From NCBI RefSeq assembly GCF_001194135.2, contig NC_068982.1:98884345-98948344 (forward strand): a DNA stretch of 64,000 nt. The letters run 5' to 3'. This stretch comes from Octopus bimaculoides. Its lineage: Eukaryota. Each line of letters begins with the position of its first letter. Within the stretch, counting starts at the first letter, position 1. Below the pieces are notes generated by a model. The model was not told the origin of the DNA. It was given only the letters and a program-made list of their open reading frames with translations, and searched no databases. The position numbers were made by a program, and so were the translations under genes. Positions 46,911 through 62,800 of this stretch are shown one piece after another.

Positions 46911-48259
46911 CATTTTTCTTTACTGCAGCAGTATATGTGTGTGTGTGTGTGCTAGATAAAGGACTGTTGTAAGTGGCAAGATGATGAGTGATCCTTTTGC
47001 TTTCTTTTTTTTTATGTCAAAGACTATATTGTCTGTGATTTTCTCTATATAAGACAGCAACCATAGCTATTACCATGCTTTTGTTAATAGTTTTAGATGC
47101 CTCTGTAATTGTGTGCCAACATAGACACCCTCTCAGCACTCCCACCTATGACCTAGTGGAATAGTGAGGATATAACAGATGGAAGGAGCAGCATATGGCT
47201 GGTATTCAATCTCTGCTGAGAAGACAAGAGCAATGTGAAGTAATATGCATTTCATATGGAAGCAAGACACTGCTTGGTTCAGTAATGGAACTCATGGTCT
47301 TATGACTGTGAGTCCAACACTTTAACCATTTACACCACACGGTCATATGTAAAAGACTAAGGTATGATTTAAAGGACATTTGGTTGGTATGGAAAAACAA
47401 ATGTAAAATGAAGATGATGGGATGGAAGAAGAGGATAAACGGCTTAGTAATTGTTTAAGTATCTTGTCTCTGCTGGTTACTGTTTTAGGAACCCAATACA
47501 GATTTAGACTAAAGCACCTCAGTACTTAAGAAAATAGAAATATGGTTCTTATATAAAACAAATAACTGAGAAAACACTTACCCCGCAGGGGAGGTATACT
47601 TACAGCCCTTGTGCTGGGATGTTCCAGAAGATCTAGATTGATCTATCGTGATATCTGGCTGCTGATTGGTCCATATCTTGGCTGCTCACACAAACAAGGT
47701 GTTGTTATGCTGTGATTTTAACTTCTTAATCACATGACTTGATTTACATATATGTATATGTGTGATTTTTTTATTGTCCACAAGGGGCCAACACAGTGTA
47801 GTGTGCATATATGTGTGTGTGCATGTATGTGGGTGTGTGTGTATGCATGTGTTTATGTGTGGGTACACATTAGCACCCATCCACGAGCTCATTGCTTAAA
47901 TAGCCACTAAATATAGCAATGTAACATTATTGGATATACCAATTTTACATACTAAACACATTCCTGACAGCTGGTACATAAATATAAAAGACCTGTAGGG
48001 ATGGGTACTGATGGAGCAAAAACTCCTGAAATATGGCATATTTTTCATCTTTGATCTTATTGTTGTTTACATTAGGCATACTTGGATATGAGAAGTCATA
48101 GCAAAATTAATGCTGGCTATAATTTCTATAGAAAATCTGTAGAGATAACCTTAGCAAGTGATGAAAAGTGCACTTCTAACACAGTAGAACACAGTATTGA
48201 CATATAAAAGCATTTAATATACTTTATAGTATATTATGGTTGCATAACGAAATACGGTG

Positions 48260-48970
48260 TCCCTACAGGTCATTAATAGTTGCTTAAATGTAAGATAAGC
48301 CATTGTGAATTCTTCCAGTTTCCGAGTCTCTCTGAATTAGAGAAGGAAAAGCACGTACCAGAAAATGACATTCACACATATTGTTCACACTTAGTTAAGT
48401 TGCACAGAGACATGTCTGACAGATTTCAGGATATTTATTTTTGTTTAAAATACCAGTCTGGGTGATACTGAGATATTAGTAATGAGGAAACAAGAGTAGT
48501 GGAGGAAGAACTGGTTTCAAAATGACATTGAACTGAGGCCAAAGTTCAAAAAAATCTTATCAGGGTTTTTGATTGCAAAAGGACATCCTGCACTGTGGAA
48601 TAAAGTCAAGATGTACTTGTAGGGCTTCAGAGCAGTTGCCCAGCCTCTTTCTAAGTAAATCATTGAACACGGGGATGTGAAACTACTTCTCAGTAACTTT
48701 CAGCCTGGTGTTGAGAAGCTGATAATGCTACATAAAGTATATCCATTGCATTAAGAATACATGAAAACAATGTTATTACAGGAGAGATGTAAATTTGTTC
48801 TTTCATATTGTAAAAACAGCAAATTGGGTTAACAAGTTTTATTTGTGAAATACAGTTGTTTTGAATTTGCAATAGAAAGAGATCCATGTTTGTGTGTATG
48901 TAAGTGGGGCACGAGGAATGTGGCCCGAGAGCTGAGAGGGCAGCAGTCTTAAAAAGTTTAGGAACCACTG
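48260..48970 (+). mobile_element. hAT (Charlie/ZBED8-like) transposase 3' relic with right TIR
   Basis: FFQFPSLSELEKEKHVPENDIHTYCSHLVKLHRDMSDRFQD; terminus GTTTAGGAACCACTG. Confidence 0.7.
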
Positions 48971-50259
48971 GTTTAGAATATATAACTATTTTCATAATAG
49001 GTAGAAAATACCAGTATGTGTTCAAATCCTTGTAATTTCAAAATTGCGTGAGACAAACTTCAGGATGCCTAATGATGGAAAAGCAGTTTTCATCAGTTAT
49101 GGAGGTGAAAATGGTAAAGTAGAATAGACAGACTATTCTAGAAAGTTAACTGAAACAATGTTTTTTCTTTTTGTCACTGATTTTGTACATCATTCATGGT
49201 CAAAATACTTAACTATTAACCCTTTAGCATTCAAATTATTCTGTCAAATGTAATGCTTATTTATTCACATTGTTTTGAATTTATCATGTTATCTTGTAAC
49301 CTTGAGATTTCGATTATGTGGCTGAATATTTTTTAGACTAACAATGTAGGGTAGGTGTGAGAGGTAGGATCTGGCCAGTTTGAACATAAAACGGGTAGAA
49401 TATTTGGGTTGGATATGGCCGGTTTAAATCACCTCACTGTGAGTAGAGTGATGAAGTTTATTTCTTTTTACAATACAACCCAAGTAATTTGTGTGTATGT
49501 AGTATTGAAGTCAATGTTTCATGAGGTATAACCAGGGAAGATACTGGGTTTCCACTTATATAACCAAAAATGCACCAAGAAGACTCTTCATGGTTGCTCT
49601 GTTTACAAGCAATAGAAACTAGAGATCCCTTAAAGTTGCTCCTATTGTCTTACCACATTAATAAATATAGTCCCTGATATATAAAAAATAAGAGGCGGGA
49701 TGCTCACAGCAGTTAACAGATCCAATAGGGGTCTAATTAATTAGGGCTGATTTGAGGCTAAAAAGTACCAGCACCATCCAAAAGAATTGCTTCTAACTTA
49801 GACACAAGACCAGCAATTTTGAAGGATGAATGTTAGTTGATACCATCAACCCTTGTATTTGACTGGTACTTTATTTTATCCACCCCAGAGAGAGGAAAAC
49901 AAATATGACCTCAAGTAAAAGAGTCTATCTGAGAATAATGCCAAAGGGTTGATCATTTGTATTGAACAGAAGAAAAAAAAAAAACAATTACAGATTTAGT
50001 AGGTGGTTCTGACTTTTTGATTTTAAACTGCTGACAGAATATCTGTTGATATCTTGACACTAATCAGTTATGTCATTTTTCTTAATAATAGGTGCAGGTG
50101 TGGCTGTGTGGTAAGAAGCTTGCTCCCCAACCACATGGTTCTGGCTTCAGTCCCACTGCATGGCACCTTGGGCAAGTGTCTTCTACTATAGCCTAAATGG
50201 AATTGTAACGGAAGAAAAATTTATTGGTAAATCTTAAGAGTCATTTTTTTTGTAGTAGT

Positions 50260-52150
50260 GCAGCTTATCAGCGGAGACTGTACGAGAAATCTAATTGCTT
50301 TGTGGTTGGTCCATAACACAAAGAGATCAAACATGCACTGTACTGCTACCAAATTCTTGGTAAGATCAAAAAACCTGATCCTGGGATTACTTCAGTAATT
50401 TCAAGCTGAGAGTCACTTCTGGGTTAGAGAACATCAGACTGGTATAGGTTGTGTGGTGGAGGAAAAATAGCATTATTCTTTTGGCTCTTGTCAGACCAAG
50501 GTGGAATGTAGAAAACCCATTATCTAGTTTTGGTCTCTGACAACCCCTGTAAAGAGCATTCATGGATGATCTTGCCATAGCAACAACATTGATCCCAGGA
50601 AGTAGCTGGATCCTACCAAGACTTTAAGAAAGGATGAGTTTCAAGCAAACCATGTCAAGATCCATGGTGCTAATGAAGGTGGTTGACAAATTCTGTTTCT
50701 AGGTATCTGGAACTGCTATACCTTCCATTAGAGAACAACCAGTCAAGAAAATGGGAAAGCCTTTTAACTCAAATTAAAAAAGCCTTTGATGTCTGGTTTA
50801 TCAAGGAGGACAAGTTATGTCTATTTGTAGACCTAGATATATTAATATTTTATCCTGCTGGTTTTAATATTTTATGACCTCTGCTGGTTAACATGGTTTT
50901 AAAGACAACAGTTTGAGTTCCTTGAAAGGAAGATCAAACTTACTCTGTAGTGGTTGGACTTCTCTGCAGTTACAGCAATGCACTATGGTACAGGATCATT
51001 AACATCATGTTGCTCCAATTCAGTGGACTTACTGAAGGATTTATGATGGAACCAGCAAGTCCAAGAATATAGGGATTCCAAAGGAAAGTTGAGAAAGCAA
51101 TGAGGGTAGTAGAATCACACCTAAAGCAAAAGGAGTTGGTGAGCATCATGGTAAAGGGCAGGGCAGACTTGGGACACTTTCCAAAGACCCAGAGTAAGGA
51201 GAAACACTATCTTATCTAGGAAGAGACCCTAGCAAGCATGGAAGAAGAGCAAGGGAGCAGGATGCATGGGCAAGGTGGGAGAGTATACAACAGTGCAAAA
51301 TTACCAGGTCAAACAATGCAAGTAGATTTCCATTGTCTGGGTCTTTCCCAAGGTTGTTTACAAATACTGGAAAATCCTTATATTTAGAGTACAATGACAT
51401 CTTACTACCCAGTCTGGTCCAAAAGTAGATTTTTAGGGCACCTCAGTAGCTTCCCAAAAGCACCAGAAGAAGTCCACTATTGCTGGCACCAAACCAAGTT
51501 CTGAAGATGGTTGCTCAGATTATAGCCAGAGCTTTTAGCACAAGCAAACACCACCACATCCCAAAGAAGTCATTGAATTACCTTTGTCATATCTAGAAAG
51601 AGACCCTGTCCAGAATATCAAAAAAAAAAAAAAAAAAAGATTCACACACACACACACACACACCAATAAGGTCAGATTTCCTCCACATGATCTCTGACTG
51701 ACAACTGAATGTTCATCTTGGTAGACAGCTGAAGTTTCCACAATACATTGTGCCAACATTTCTCATCATCTCTGAAGCAACAAAACGACTGCTGAGACTC
51801 ACAATTATCAGGCAAGACTGTACTGAGGAAAAACAGGAGCACTGCGAGAACACAGACTGGAAGGTGCACAGAAGTGGGCTGTAGAGGCTTTGCAAGGACA
51901 GTCATTAAGTCCTCAACCAAATGGGTTTTACAAGGTTAGCAAAAAAAGAAAAAAAAAAAAAAGAAAAAACATTCAATCTATGAGTGAAGCCACAAATAAA
52001 GCTACTAGGTGGCTTTTGATTCAGAGGCCTGATCCATGGGAGGTTGCTGCTGGGATGCAATTAAGTACCTGATCAACTCTAGCTGGGTTGCTTGGCTGAA
52101 GACATGATATTGACAGACCTGAAACCCTCAAATCACCCCAAGTTACATCT
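50260..52150 (+). mobile_element. Decayed RLE-type non-LTR retrotransposon (R2 superfamily, Hero-like)
   Basis: RAFMDDL at 50553-50573; MSFKQTMSRSMVL; IPSIREQPVKKMGK; KGRADLG; EVGCRGFA at 51871-51894; SEATNKATRWL; 3' UTR-like tail. Confidence 0.8.
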
Positions 52151-55100
52151 CTGATGAATAATCACAGTTCATTCAGCTGTAGGTCTAATTGTACACTTTA
52201 CCATATACATGTCAGTTAATTCAATCCATGAGCTTGCTTTAGAATATTGTACATAAGAATTCCGAGATGTAAATAGGCAATATGTTACAACATCTCTAGT
52301 TAGAAGTGGTTCTAAACCAAAATATTTCAGTGCACATCTATCAGTGATACACTGAGTTGAACATTATAGCTTTTTTTCTTCTCCATATTGGTATTGCAGG
52401 TCTGCTGTTTTACTTATTTGCATTCCTTGCTATGTTCCTTCTTTCTAAGATTGTCACTTAACATTTATATTTTCTCTTCTACTGTACTATTCTATCATGA
52501 AGCTCAACATCCAATTTTCAGGTGAAACTTGCACTTTTCTTTTTGTCTGAACCATTTTGCTTCTGAATTTTTGACATCCTTAACCTAAAATCACTAACTT
52601 TTAATTTATGCAGAAGGAGTATAGCTTTTACAAAGTTCACAATTATTAGCTTGTCTTTTTCTTGGTTAACATATACAAATTCAATCTGGTTCTTGTGCTT
52701 ATCTGAATAGCAGCTGACCACTTTGGTGAGTGACTTTTCAAAATTTAGTAATTTGTATTACAGACTTCCAGGAAACTTGATACTGTTTCATTTCTTCATA
52801 ACAGAAATCTTCAGTGTACCAGTTCTGGTACTTCTCAACATAGCCTAGAAAACTATTGCAACAACCTCTTGTTTTACCATGTCTGATAATAGTCAAACTA
52901 AAATTAAGAATCTGAAAAAAGAAAAGTCCTGACTTTTTGACAGACAGTTATTAAAACGTACAGCCAAGGAGTGTTAAACTCTAACAATACATAAACTGTG
53001 TGCCCAGTATTGACATGATACATACCAGCCTTATGGTTGTTGCTTTCATTCAAAAAAGAGCTGAATAGGAAAAATGTTAGCTTATAAAAAGAAACAACAA
53101 TTAGGCATATACCTTGAACCCAAATGATATAAACACATAGGCCAGAAGCTTGTTGTTGTGTCTGATTCAAGTTGATTATATTGGCTTGCTATCCATGCCA
53201 CAACATATCCTCATATTTACGCAAACAAGGGAGATTGGTATCAAACCCAAGTGCTAGAGCATGCAAGTATTACTTATGCGTATTTGTCCTCATTATAAGT
53301 GGAAAGGCAGTACTTCAATGGCTAATGTGTTAAATTTTCAGAAAATAGTACCACCTATCATGTTATAGTTGGTTGCAACAACCAACTCCCAGTTTGTTTA
53401 TCCGGACATGTCCACTAATGTCCTTTCCACCTGGACTTGTGTGAAGAATCTCACTGAAACTTTTGCAAATACTTTGCACTTTCAGAGTGAAGAGCTGATG
53501 CTGTACCCAGCAGTTAACAAGGTAGCTAGCTCATGCTGACATTACTGATGTATTGGCTTAGCATTGAGATGAACTTTGGCTTAACCAGAGTATAACACAT
53601 TTTACTTACAAATGAATAGTACTGAGATAAATTCAATTTCACACCATAAACCAATAATATCAGTTCTCTTAACACATAAACTGAACCACTGTTTCATGAC
53701 TGAGATAAATTTAACAGCTATGTTTTTCATAGCGTCAACTGTTAGCAGCTCACTTGATATATGTAGCTGCAAGGCTCTAAACCAGCTCTGGTCAAGCTGA
53801 CCTATTCTAAGTTGGCAGTCAGCCAAATGACCAACATAAGTGTTATTCCAGAAATACTATGCTGGACCAGATATATCTATAGTGACATGGCACTAGAAAA
53901 GTTTCTTGTAAGGTTAAGAGTCCTCACATCATAATCAGTTTTAATTCAAAATAGCTGCTCTTCTAAACAATTTGACATTTTATATACAACTAAACATCAT
54001 AGTTATATAACAGTAAATTATGTTTACAAATGGTATTGAGAATATGAAATAGTGTACAAGTATATTAGTAGCACTCTTTGACCCTTGCTGCATGGAAACC
54101 AAGTATACTTGGTTCTGTGCATGTACACTTGAGACACAGAAATCAAGTTTACTTGCTTTTTGATAGTAGGGTACTTTCTAGAATTCTCCACATTTCATAT
54201 GATAAAGTATGCACATTTTTGTGTTACTGGTGGTACGAACTGATTTGCATATGATTAGTGACATTAGTATGTAAAAATTTAGTCAGTGCAGTTAGGGTTA
54301 AAGATACAGCCATATTGCCTTCACGACTTGTATTACCCGTTTTAAAATACTTAGTTTTCAAACTATACAAAGTTCCTTTCCAAACATTAGAAATCTTTTC
54401 TTTACTGTAGTTCCTTACATCTTGTTAACTTTCAGTCCTTATATAAAAAAAAAAAGAAAAAGAAAAAAAGGCATAAACATTGCATAAACTTACTCTATAA
54501 CTCAGGAGAGAAATATCAAGATTAGTTTTCTCTTTCCTTTCGAAAATGATAAAAGTTGACATTTAATAGTGGCTATACATATCTGTAGTTACAGATATGA
54601 TTTTGAGATAATCTAACAGGATCAAGATTTGAGAAATTTCTGAAGTAAACAGATATAGCTAATACATAGAGACAAACAAATGCACAATGAAATAGCCATA
54701 TTAAGGTCTCTTTAACTTTCATCCCACTGAAATATTTGAAGCAGTTGACAACAATAAAATAAGATTAATTTCATAATTTTATTGGACATCAGATGTAATA
54801 AAATAAGTCCAGCAAATTTCATAGTACACATGACAAAATTGCTAAAATATGTCCAAAATAAGAGAACTTAACAGTTGTTTTTTTAAAAAAAAACAAACGA
54901 GAAACAAAAATAGAAAATAAACAAAAAAACAATGACTGTGGTGATTGACAGTCTGGTAAAAAGGAGCTAATAGTTTAACTTAATGTTGATGTTTGTAGCC
55001 CACCCTGGAATATAAAGATTAAGAAAATGGCAGGGGGAGGAGAGAAAAAAAATGATAATAAATAAATAAAATATCCACAAAGCATAAAGCTGTAACTAAA

Positions 55101-55193
55101 GACATGTTGAGAACCATGTTGTCATTGATTCTGCTGTTAATTTGGTACTGAAAACAATTGGCATGATGGGGGGAGGAAAAGAGGTAGTGAGGG

Positions 55194-55226
<33 letters not shown>

Positions 55227-58213
55227 TGACAGAGAGAGAGAGAGAGAGCATTTCTATGTGACAAGTAGGGAGAAGTAGAACTGGCAGTGGGTATAAGGTA
55301 ATGTTTAGAAGCAGATTTGGTGATAAGGAAAGGTGAAACATAATAGGTAGAGATCAACTGTAATCAATTTGGAAACTGAAGAAATGTAGAAATCAAGAGG
55401 CATTTCCCATTTCACTAATATTCTCTTCATATTGCACATAATTCTACAGTAAATATTATTGTGAAAATACACACATCTAAGGAAATAAATGCATACATAA
55501 TTAATTTTTCTCATATAATGTATACATATTGATAGCTGTTGAAGAAGTAAAGGGAATCTTGAATAACTCCTCTGTTCCACATTTAGCTGACATTGACCTC
55601 CTACCACTTTTAGTTATAGAGTAATCTGAACAATAAAGGACTAAAAGAAGCAAGCAGTTGAAGGGGTATGTGGAACTACCATGGTACACATTGGTGGACG
55701 GGTGCAGTTCACTTGTGAAATGTGAACAGTGAGTAATTAGAAAATTCATGATAATTCATCAGCTGTTACAAGCAACTGCTTCTCTGAACACCAAATGTAG
55801 TATGTATTTTCGATATGGTATAATCAATTTTGATATTATGAGTACATATTTTTTCAGGCATCCTATTTGGTTATGTGTAGACATGCATTTGTAATGTACA
55901 GAAACATTTTCCAATGCAGTTACATAGTCCTTCAGTTTTACATGTATGGTTAAAGGCACAACTAAAGTTGATTTTATTTTATCAAAACATAAATTATTTT
56001 ACATGATCAGCAATGTGTAAGAGATCACATAGCTTGCCAATTAACTTACTTAAATTTCTTTTTTAATTTGAAAATACATGCTAGAGAGAAAAAGAGAAAA
56101 AAAAAACCCCTGAAGATACAAACGACTGTCACCTTGGAAACCTATAGTTGTGTCTTCAACCATATCTATGTAAATATGAGCAAATTCTAAGTCAGTTTCC
56201 AAAGTACTAATTGGTACTCAGTAATTTTTGATTGGACCTAATGGTGAGAGAGAGAGAGAGAAAGACAACAAAGGTTTTAAATGATTAACTAACTGCACAC
56301 ATACTATATAGTAAGATGGCGATATACACTGCTGGAATAGTATAGCTACTTTGGATTAGATGGTAAACACTAATTCTCCAACTGACCATTGAAGTTAAGC
56401 TTTGCAGCACAGATGTCCTGTACAAATATGTCAAAAGTTAAGGTAAGGGAGAGGGGTGAGGGAAACTGGCAGGAAACTCTTAAAAGACAAAATCAGAATG
56501 TAAGGAAAATATGTTGTAAAATTGTTTGCAGAAACATTGGTATTGTTGACATCAAAATTGGCAAAGTTATTAATATAGTCTTTCTACAGTTATTACCTTG
56601 TATGAAAAGCCAAATATAGAAATGAAACTGGTTCTAAGAGAATCAACCCACTGAGTATTAGACAGTCCTAAACAAGTCTTACAGTTTTACTGTCAATTAA
56701 ATGAAACCGGTTTTGAAGTCTACTGAATTTTTTGTTAGGGTTTTACTGACTATTGGTGTGTATACATGAGATGGGGAAGGGATCATAATAATTTGCACAT
56801 TCAATCAACAATCTTCAGTATTTCAAATCTTTTAGTTCATCCACCAATTTCAAAAGCACGTCAGATTTATTGACCATTCGAGTTACCAAGCTCTCATTTA
56901 AAATTAATGTTGCTTAACTTTTGAGATCAGCTAAGTTTTGGTTTTCAATAAAAATTATAAAAATAGTTTTTATTTTTTTTTTTAGACAAAAAGAAAGAAA
57001 GTTAGTACAAAAGAAGAAAGAAAAGTAGTTAGTACAAAAGAGAAAGGAAACAGCCTCCAAATATAGCAATGTTACACATGCCAAAAAAACAGTACTTTAG
57101 GAATATATATAGTAGCAATACAAATTTGACTGTTTTTTTTTTAATTTTTTGGTTTTGTTCTTGTTATTTTATTTATCTCTCCTCAATATCTTACATTCAT
57201 TAGTTGGTATGAAGCATATTCTTCCTGTTCTCACATCTCTTATATTTAGAGACTTTCTATTAAGTACATAGTAAAAAGGAAAGAACATGATAAGTTTACT
57301 TATCAGTACAAGAGAAAGAAAGCTTTCATAAATTATACAAGAGATGTATAAGAAATATTCAATATATGTTCATCTTTAGAAGCAAACTGTTATGTCAGTC
57401 AGTGAAATACATGCTCTGCAGCAGCAAGCAGTATATACCACATGATACACATGCTTCATCAAAATAAATCTCTAACGGTTACAGGAAATAAACTTGGCAA
57501 TTTTGAGCTCAACTTTCCCAACAGGCTTCACAAGTAAACAGAAAGGGTTGGGAGAACTGACTGTTTGCTCTATAATAATACTATTTCATGTAACTTCTTG
57601 ACAAAAGAAGCGAATGAAACATAGTGTAAGATAAATTTATAATTCAGTGGAACTGGTGAAACTTGAGTTACTATGAGTAAAAATGCTCAAAATTTAACCC
57701 AAGGTTGCTAATATGTAAAAAAGTGTTTTTTAAAAAAATCTCATACTAGTAGCAGTCCATTCAAGTAAAAGTTGAAATGTTTACAAGGTTTATTACTTTA
57801 TAATTTCTACAATCAAACATATAGTAATTAGTTGATCATGTAATTATTATACAATATATTGACATATACATCCCAAGGGCACCAACAGGTTCAGAGTCCA
57901 GATTTGAAAAGATCTCCTCTCAGCCAATAATGAGTTTTTAGATAAATGTTTACAAGTTATGGAATATATACTGTACAGAATGGAGAAGCTTAAACATCCT
58001 TATAAAACTAAAGTAAAAGGTTCAAGAATGTTTTAGCAGCAATTTTTTAAAATAATTTTTGGTTTTTGTTGTACTTTTAGGTTCTTCTGTTTGGGTTGAA
58101 ATAACTAAAACTTTAGTGCAATACCTTATAAAATCATCTTGTACACAGACTGATTCGATAGCATAAATATATGCATGTGCACACAAACACACACACACAC
58201 ATACATATATATG

Positions 58214-58259
<46 letters not shown>

Positions 58260-59611
58260 TTCACACAGACAAAGCAAACAAGCTGATTTTACAACTGCTT
58301 CAGTTGGTAAATCCACCTATTACAAAATATGAAGATAGAAGTCAATATCTAATCAGGACAAGAACTTTTATTGAAATATGGAGTTAAATAAGAGAAGTAA
58401 ACCACAGACAAAAAGTTGCAGCTAATATAAATATATGGACAATCGGAAAATAGAAATTTCTAAATAATGAAGGGAACAAATTTAAATAGAATTCTTTATC
58501 ACAGTCCTGAAACGAATAAGATGATTTATTAGAAGTAAAAAAGAAGAGGAAGAGGAAGAAGAAGCAAAAATGAAAACCAAAAGCTCAATTCACCAATTTA
58601 TAAATGCAAGAGAAAGTTAACCTCAAACAGTATAAAATATTTTTCTACAGAGAGATGGTGTTCATACATTATTAGGCAACACATAAGCCAGATCCTGTTT
58701 ACTGAAGATTTTGATTTTCTAAATAGTTCTGAAGTATTTGAATATATATTCAATGTATATAATAATTAGCCAAAGTAAGTTGGTCAGTAGTTTGAAAAGT
58801 ATAAGGAACATTTTGGATACTGAAAATAAACTGGGAGTAGAAAACTGGGCAGTCCTTTAGTAGTCAAGAAAAAGAGCTATGAAAATTGAGTATAAAGTCA
58901 GGAATATAACAAAATTTAAAGGCTGGGACCTACTGAATGTTTCCTTGAGTGTTAATAGCACAAACCATAAAGTAAAAAAAAAAACAAAAAAAAGCAACAG
59001 TTGACAGACCTCAACTGAACTCAGTGTCAGAATAAACTCATGACTCTGCAATACATCTGGGAAGACTGGAGCAATGAAGAGAGGTAGGCAAAGGGAGAGC
59101 TGGGATTTCATTTCTTTTGTATTTCAAACAACAAGACAGATGTATTCTTCACAGTACTGGGATGTCAGATAACACAGAAAAATGATCATAGTGTTGAACA
59201 GATTTCACATGAACAAATAAACTAAGATGTTTGTTGTAAAGAAAAGAACAGGGAATGCCTCAGGGTCAGTGACTCTACAGTTTGGTAAATGTAAGACTAT
59301 TATGGATTTCAAAGTTGAATGTAACTGGATGTGGTAAGAATTATTGTATATGTTATAGCATGTGATGTGGGTAAAGGGTATATGATTTATAGTGTAAAAG
59401 ATGTAACAGTTTGGGCTGTAGTGAAGTAGAGGTTGTACAGATTGTAGTGTGTGATATATATCCAAAAGTAGTATGAAGTGCAGAGTGTGGTGTAGGCTAA
59501 GGACAATATAGAAAATGTAGGGTATAGTCTAAGTGAAAACTACCCAGAGAGCCTAATACTGTATCGAACATAGGCATGGCTACCTTCTAGTTCATAGAAT
59601 AAGATTGATAC

Positions 59612-59883
59612 TAGTGGTGCTCAGTCTTTTTGATTTTGTGGTGCACTGGAGATGGACAGAAATATACTGGTACACCTCATGGATAGTTAAAAGAAATTGG
59701 TTTTATATTTGAAAAATTTAGAAAATAATGTAGAAAACTATTGTTTATCTCATTTTATTAATCATATTTGTGTTTAACAAAATTATGAGTAACATGTTTT
59801 TCAAGAAGCTTAAGCAGTTGTACAGATTTTCTAAAGCCCTAAATTATATTAAAAATCTGTGGCACACCATTTGAGAACTATTG
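59612..59883. mobile_element. Possible old hAT-type MITE
   Basis: Weak termini TAGTGGTGCTCA...TGAGAACTATTG; heavily diverged. Confidence 0.3.
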
Positions 59884-62800
59884 GTCTACATATACAAAAT
59901 TCACAAATATAAGAACAACTAACTCAATGGCACTTTTTATATGGAAACTCATAAAACATAACCCATCATCATCATCAGTGCCACAACAATCATCACCAAC
60001 ATCCTTCCCATTTTTCTAATGAGGCCCACATCAGAATATAGAGAAAATATGTGTGAAATTGCTACAACTGAACAAAGATATATATATGCACTTCACATGA
60101 CCTTTGGAAGTTTTTTCACAGAGAATGACTGAAGATAGTGACAGTAGTTAGAATGAAATACTAAAAACCTGGATTGGGCTGATAAAAGCAAACACTGAGT
60201 GCCATGTAAAGGAATGAACAAAATAAATGTCAGTTCATATTACAGGAGGAAATACAGTGGTTTGAGCTTCTTTTATGAATAATTTGAATCACCATTCATG
60301 GTGTAGGATAGTTAGAAAATCAGAAAGAGAGAGACAGAGAGATGAAGGTGAGAGAAAATAAACAAAAAAATAGAGTTGAGAAGATATGAATAAACAAAGA
60401 AGTGGGGAATGACAGTAAAAATCAAATTCAAACCATTTCACAATAACTACAATTAAAATCACCTGTCTTTGAAAATAATGGACAGAATCATTAAAAAGGA
60501 ATGCAATAGAGATTTACTAAAATTTATTTAAAGATGATGAAATGGGCAAAAGGGCTTGATCAAGTTGTGATTAAATGATGAAGGAGTAAGAATTAAAAGA
60601 GCCAACACCATCCCTCCTATCAAATAAACATTTACAAAACATAATATAACATAAAATACAATACATGCATTTATGTATTTTAAACTAGGGGTGGATGCTT
60701 ACACAAAGGACTTGTTGAAAGAATATCGAAATCAAAATATCAAGTTACTTTTGATTCCAATTCACTTGTGCTTTATGCCTGCATCTATAATTTGTTTAAA
60801 ATATATTTCATTTTCAATTCTAGATTACTACTCAAATGAAAAAAAGACCTGTTATGTATACAGTCTGAAATAACTTCTCAAATTGCCAACACTCAGAGCC
60901 TAGACTGTACCATTTAAAATATAAAAGGAAAACAACTGGCCCAGAATAATGGAGGGATATAAGTGAAGCTTCTAAGAACTAGAGGCTTGAGATAATGATA
61001 CTATTTATATTTTTAAAAAAGAACAGCAACAATAAAAAAAAGTTTAAAAAAAAATAGCAAATAGATAATTGGCTTCCTAAACTAAGAATAAGATAGCAAA
61101 AATTAATATGGACTATCACGTGTTAGCAAGAGAAAGAACTGATGTTGGTCAGTGATTATTCCTTGCTCATTTGAAGAGTGATTACATGATTTTCAAAGAA
61201 TAAAAAATAACTAATTATCAAACCAAAGTAGATCAAGAAGACTGCAAACACCTATTCCACTTGAAGAAGAAACTGGTTTATCGCATTTCTTCTTCTTCTC
61301 AAGTGATTTAGGTGATAGTCCACAAGTATGGACTAATCTGTATACCATGGGGAGATGAGATAGATATCTATGGCAGCTGTTTTCTGTACATGTGTGATTA
61401 TAACTTTTTGCATGTCAATTTATTTTTTAATGCCAATATGAACTAGACAACACATATTCAGGTAAAGGCATGGCCTAGTGCATAAGATGAGTTCATTATT
61501 CAGCAATAGCTAACCACTATTTTAGGTAGAGCTCTCCAACTAAAAGATCAGGGATTGTTAGCATAATTAAGGACTTTTTACTTTATATTATCATAATGCC
61601 AAGTTTAAGATAACCTGTAAGGTTTTGAAGCAGTTAAAAAAAAAATCCAGTGATTAGTAAATAGATGAATAAAGCTGCTGTTTAAAACACAACAGTTGTG
61701 TATATTCATCAAGTTGACAGAAGTTACATATAAAATCAGCTTACAGGGTACATGTCTACATAAGTACAACATTGGAATGACACGGGTTGACTAAAAAAAC
61801 TCAGAAAATGAAGGTGAGATTTACAAACATGAATTATATTATACACTGCACATTTAAGGTTAAACATTTTGATTGTGTAAGAGTGTAACTGTATGTGTGT
61901 GTAATCTTTTTTTCTTAATTTGAAGATTATGATTATATCAAGTCAAACCCTTGCAACTTTCCATGTGTAATGAGCAGGTGTGTGTTTTGTGTGTGTGTAA
62001 GACAAAGAGAGATCCGAGGGAAATAGTAGGAATATAAAAGAATGTATAAACTGACGAAATTAAGTACACATACATATCATACTCATAGATATAGGCACTC
62101 ACACATGCATGCAATAAAAAGCAGTTTGGAATGACCAACAAGGAGCAGCATTAACATCAGTAGTAGAGATTTAACATGGATTAATGAACCACAGCAGCCA
62201 TTAATGCTATCAGAACCTACACAATCATGTGTGTATGTGTTGTGGGGGGAGTCAGAGGTTAAAGTGAGCAACTGAACAATTTTGGTTAATTGCAACTTGC
62301 TCAAATGTGTTTGACTTCTAGAAGACAGCAGTAAAAGAAAGGTCAGAGATAGCAGAAAAAACAGATATTAGGCTATATGTATACATGCTTATATGTGTCT
62401 ATGTAGGTGCATGTATACTTGTGTATATATATATATTGGTCAGGTTGGGTCAAATAAAGAAACAAATAAAATGTGAAGTGTGTATGTGTGCGCGTGAATA
62501 TGGGGAAATAGAACAGATACACAAAGGTGAAAAGAAAGCACAGAAAAACAAGGAAGGCAGTTGCCAAGAGGGTTAGTTATTATAACAACAGATTTATTAG
62601 GAAGGAGAAAAAAAAATTAAAACAAAAATTAATGAAAAATAGACATTATTAAATTAGTTTCCTAACATTTAAATTAAAAATGAAACAACAACAAAAAAAA
62701 ATAATACAATACAAAACAAAAAGAAACAAATTAAAGAAGTCCCACCCCTTCTGATCCACACCACACCCATATTATATATCATATATAATACTATCAAACA

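Noticed and set aside
47560-47700. Possible promoter or LTR piece (GATTGG CCAAT-box-like, short GC hairpin)
   Set aside because: Too short and generic; no supporting termini or transcript context
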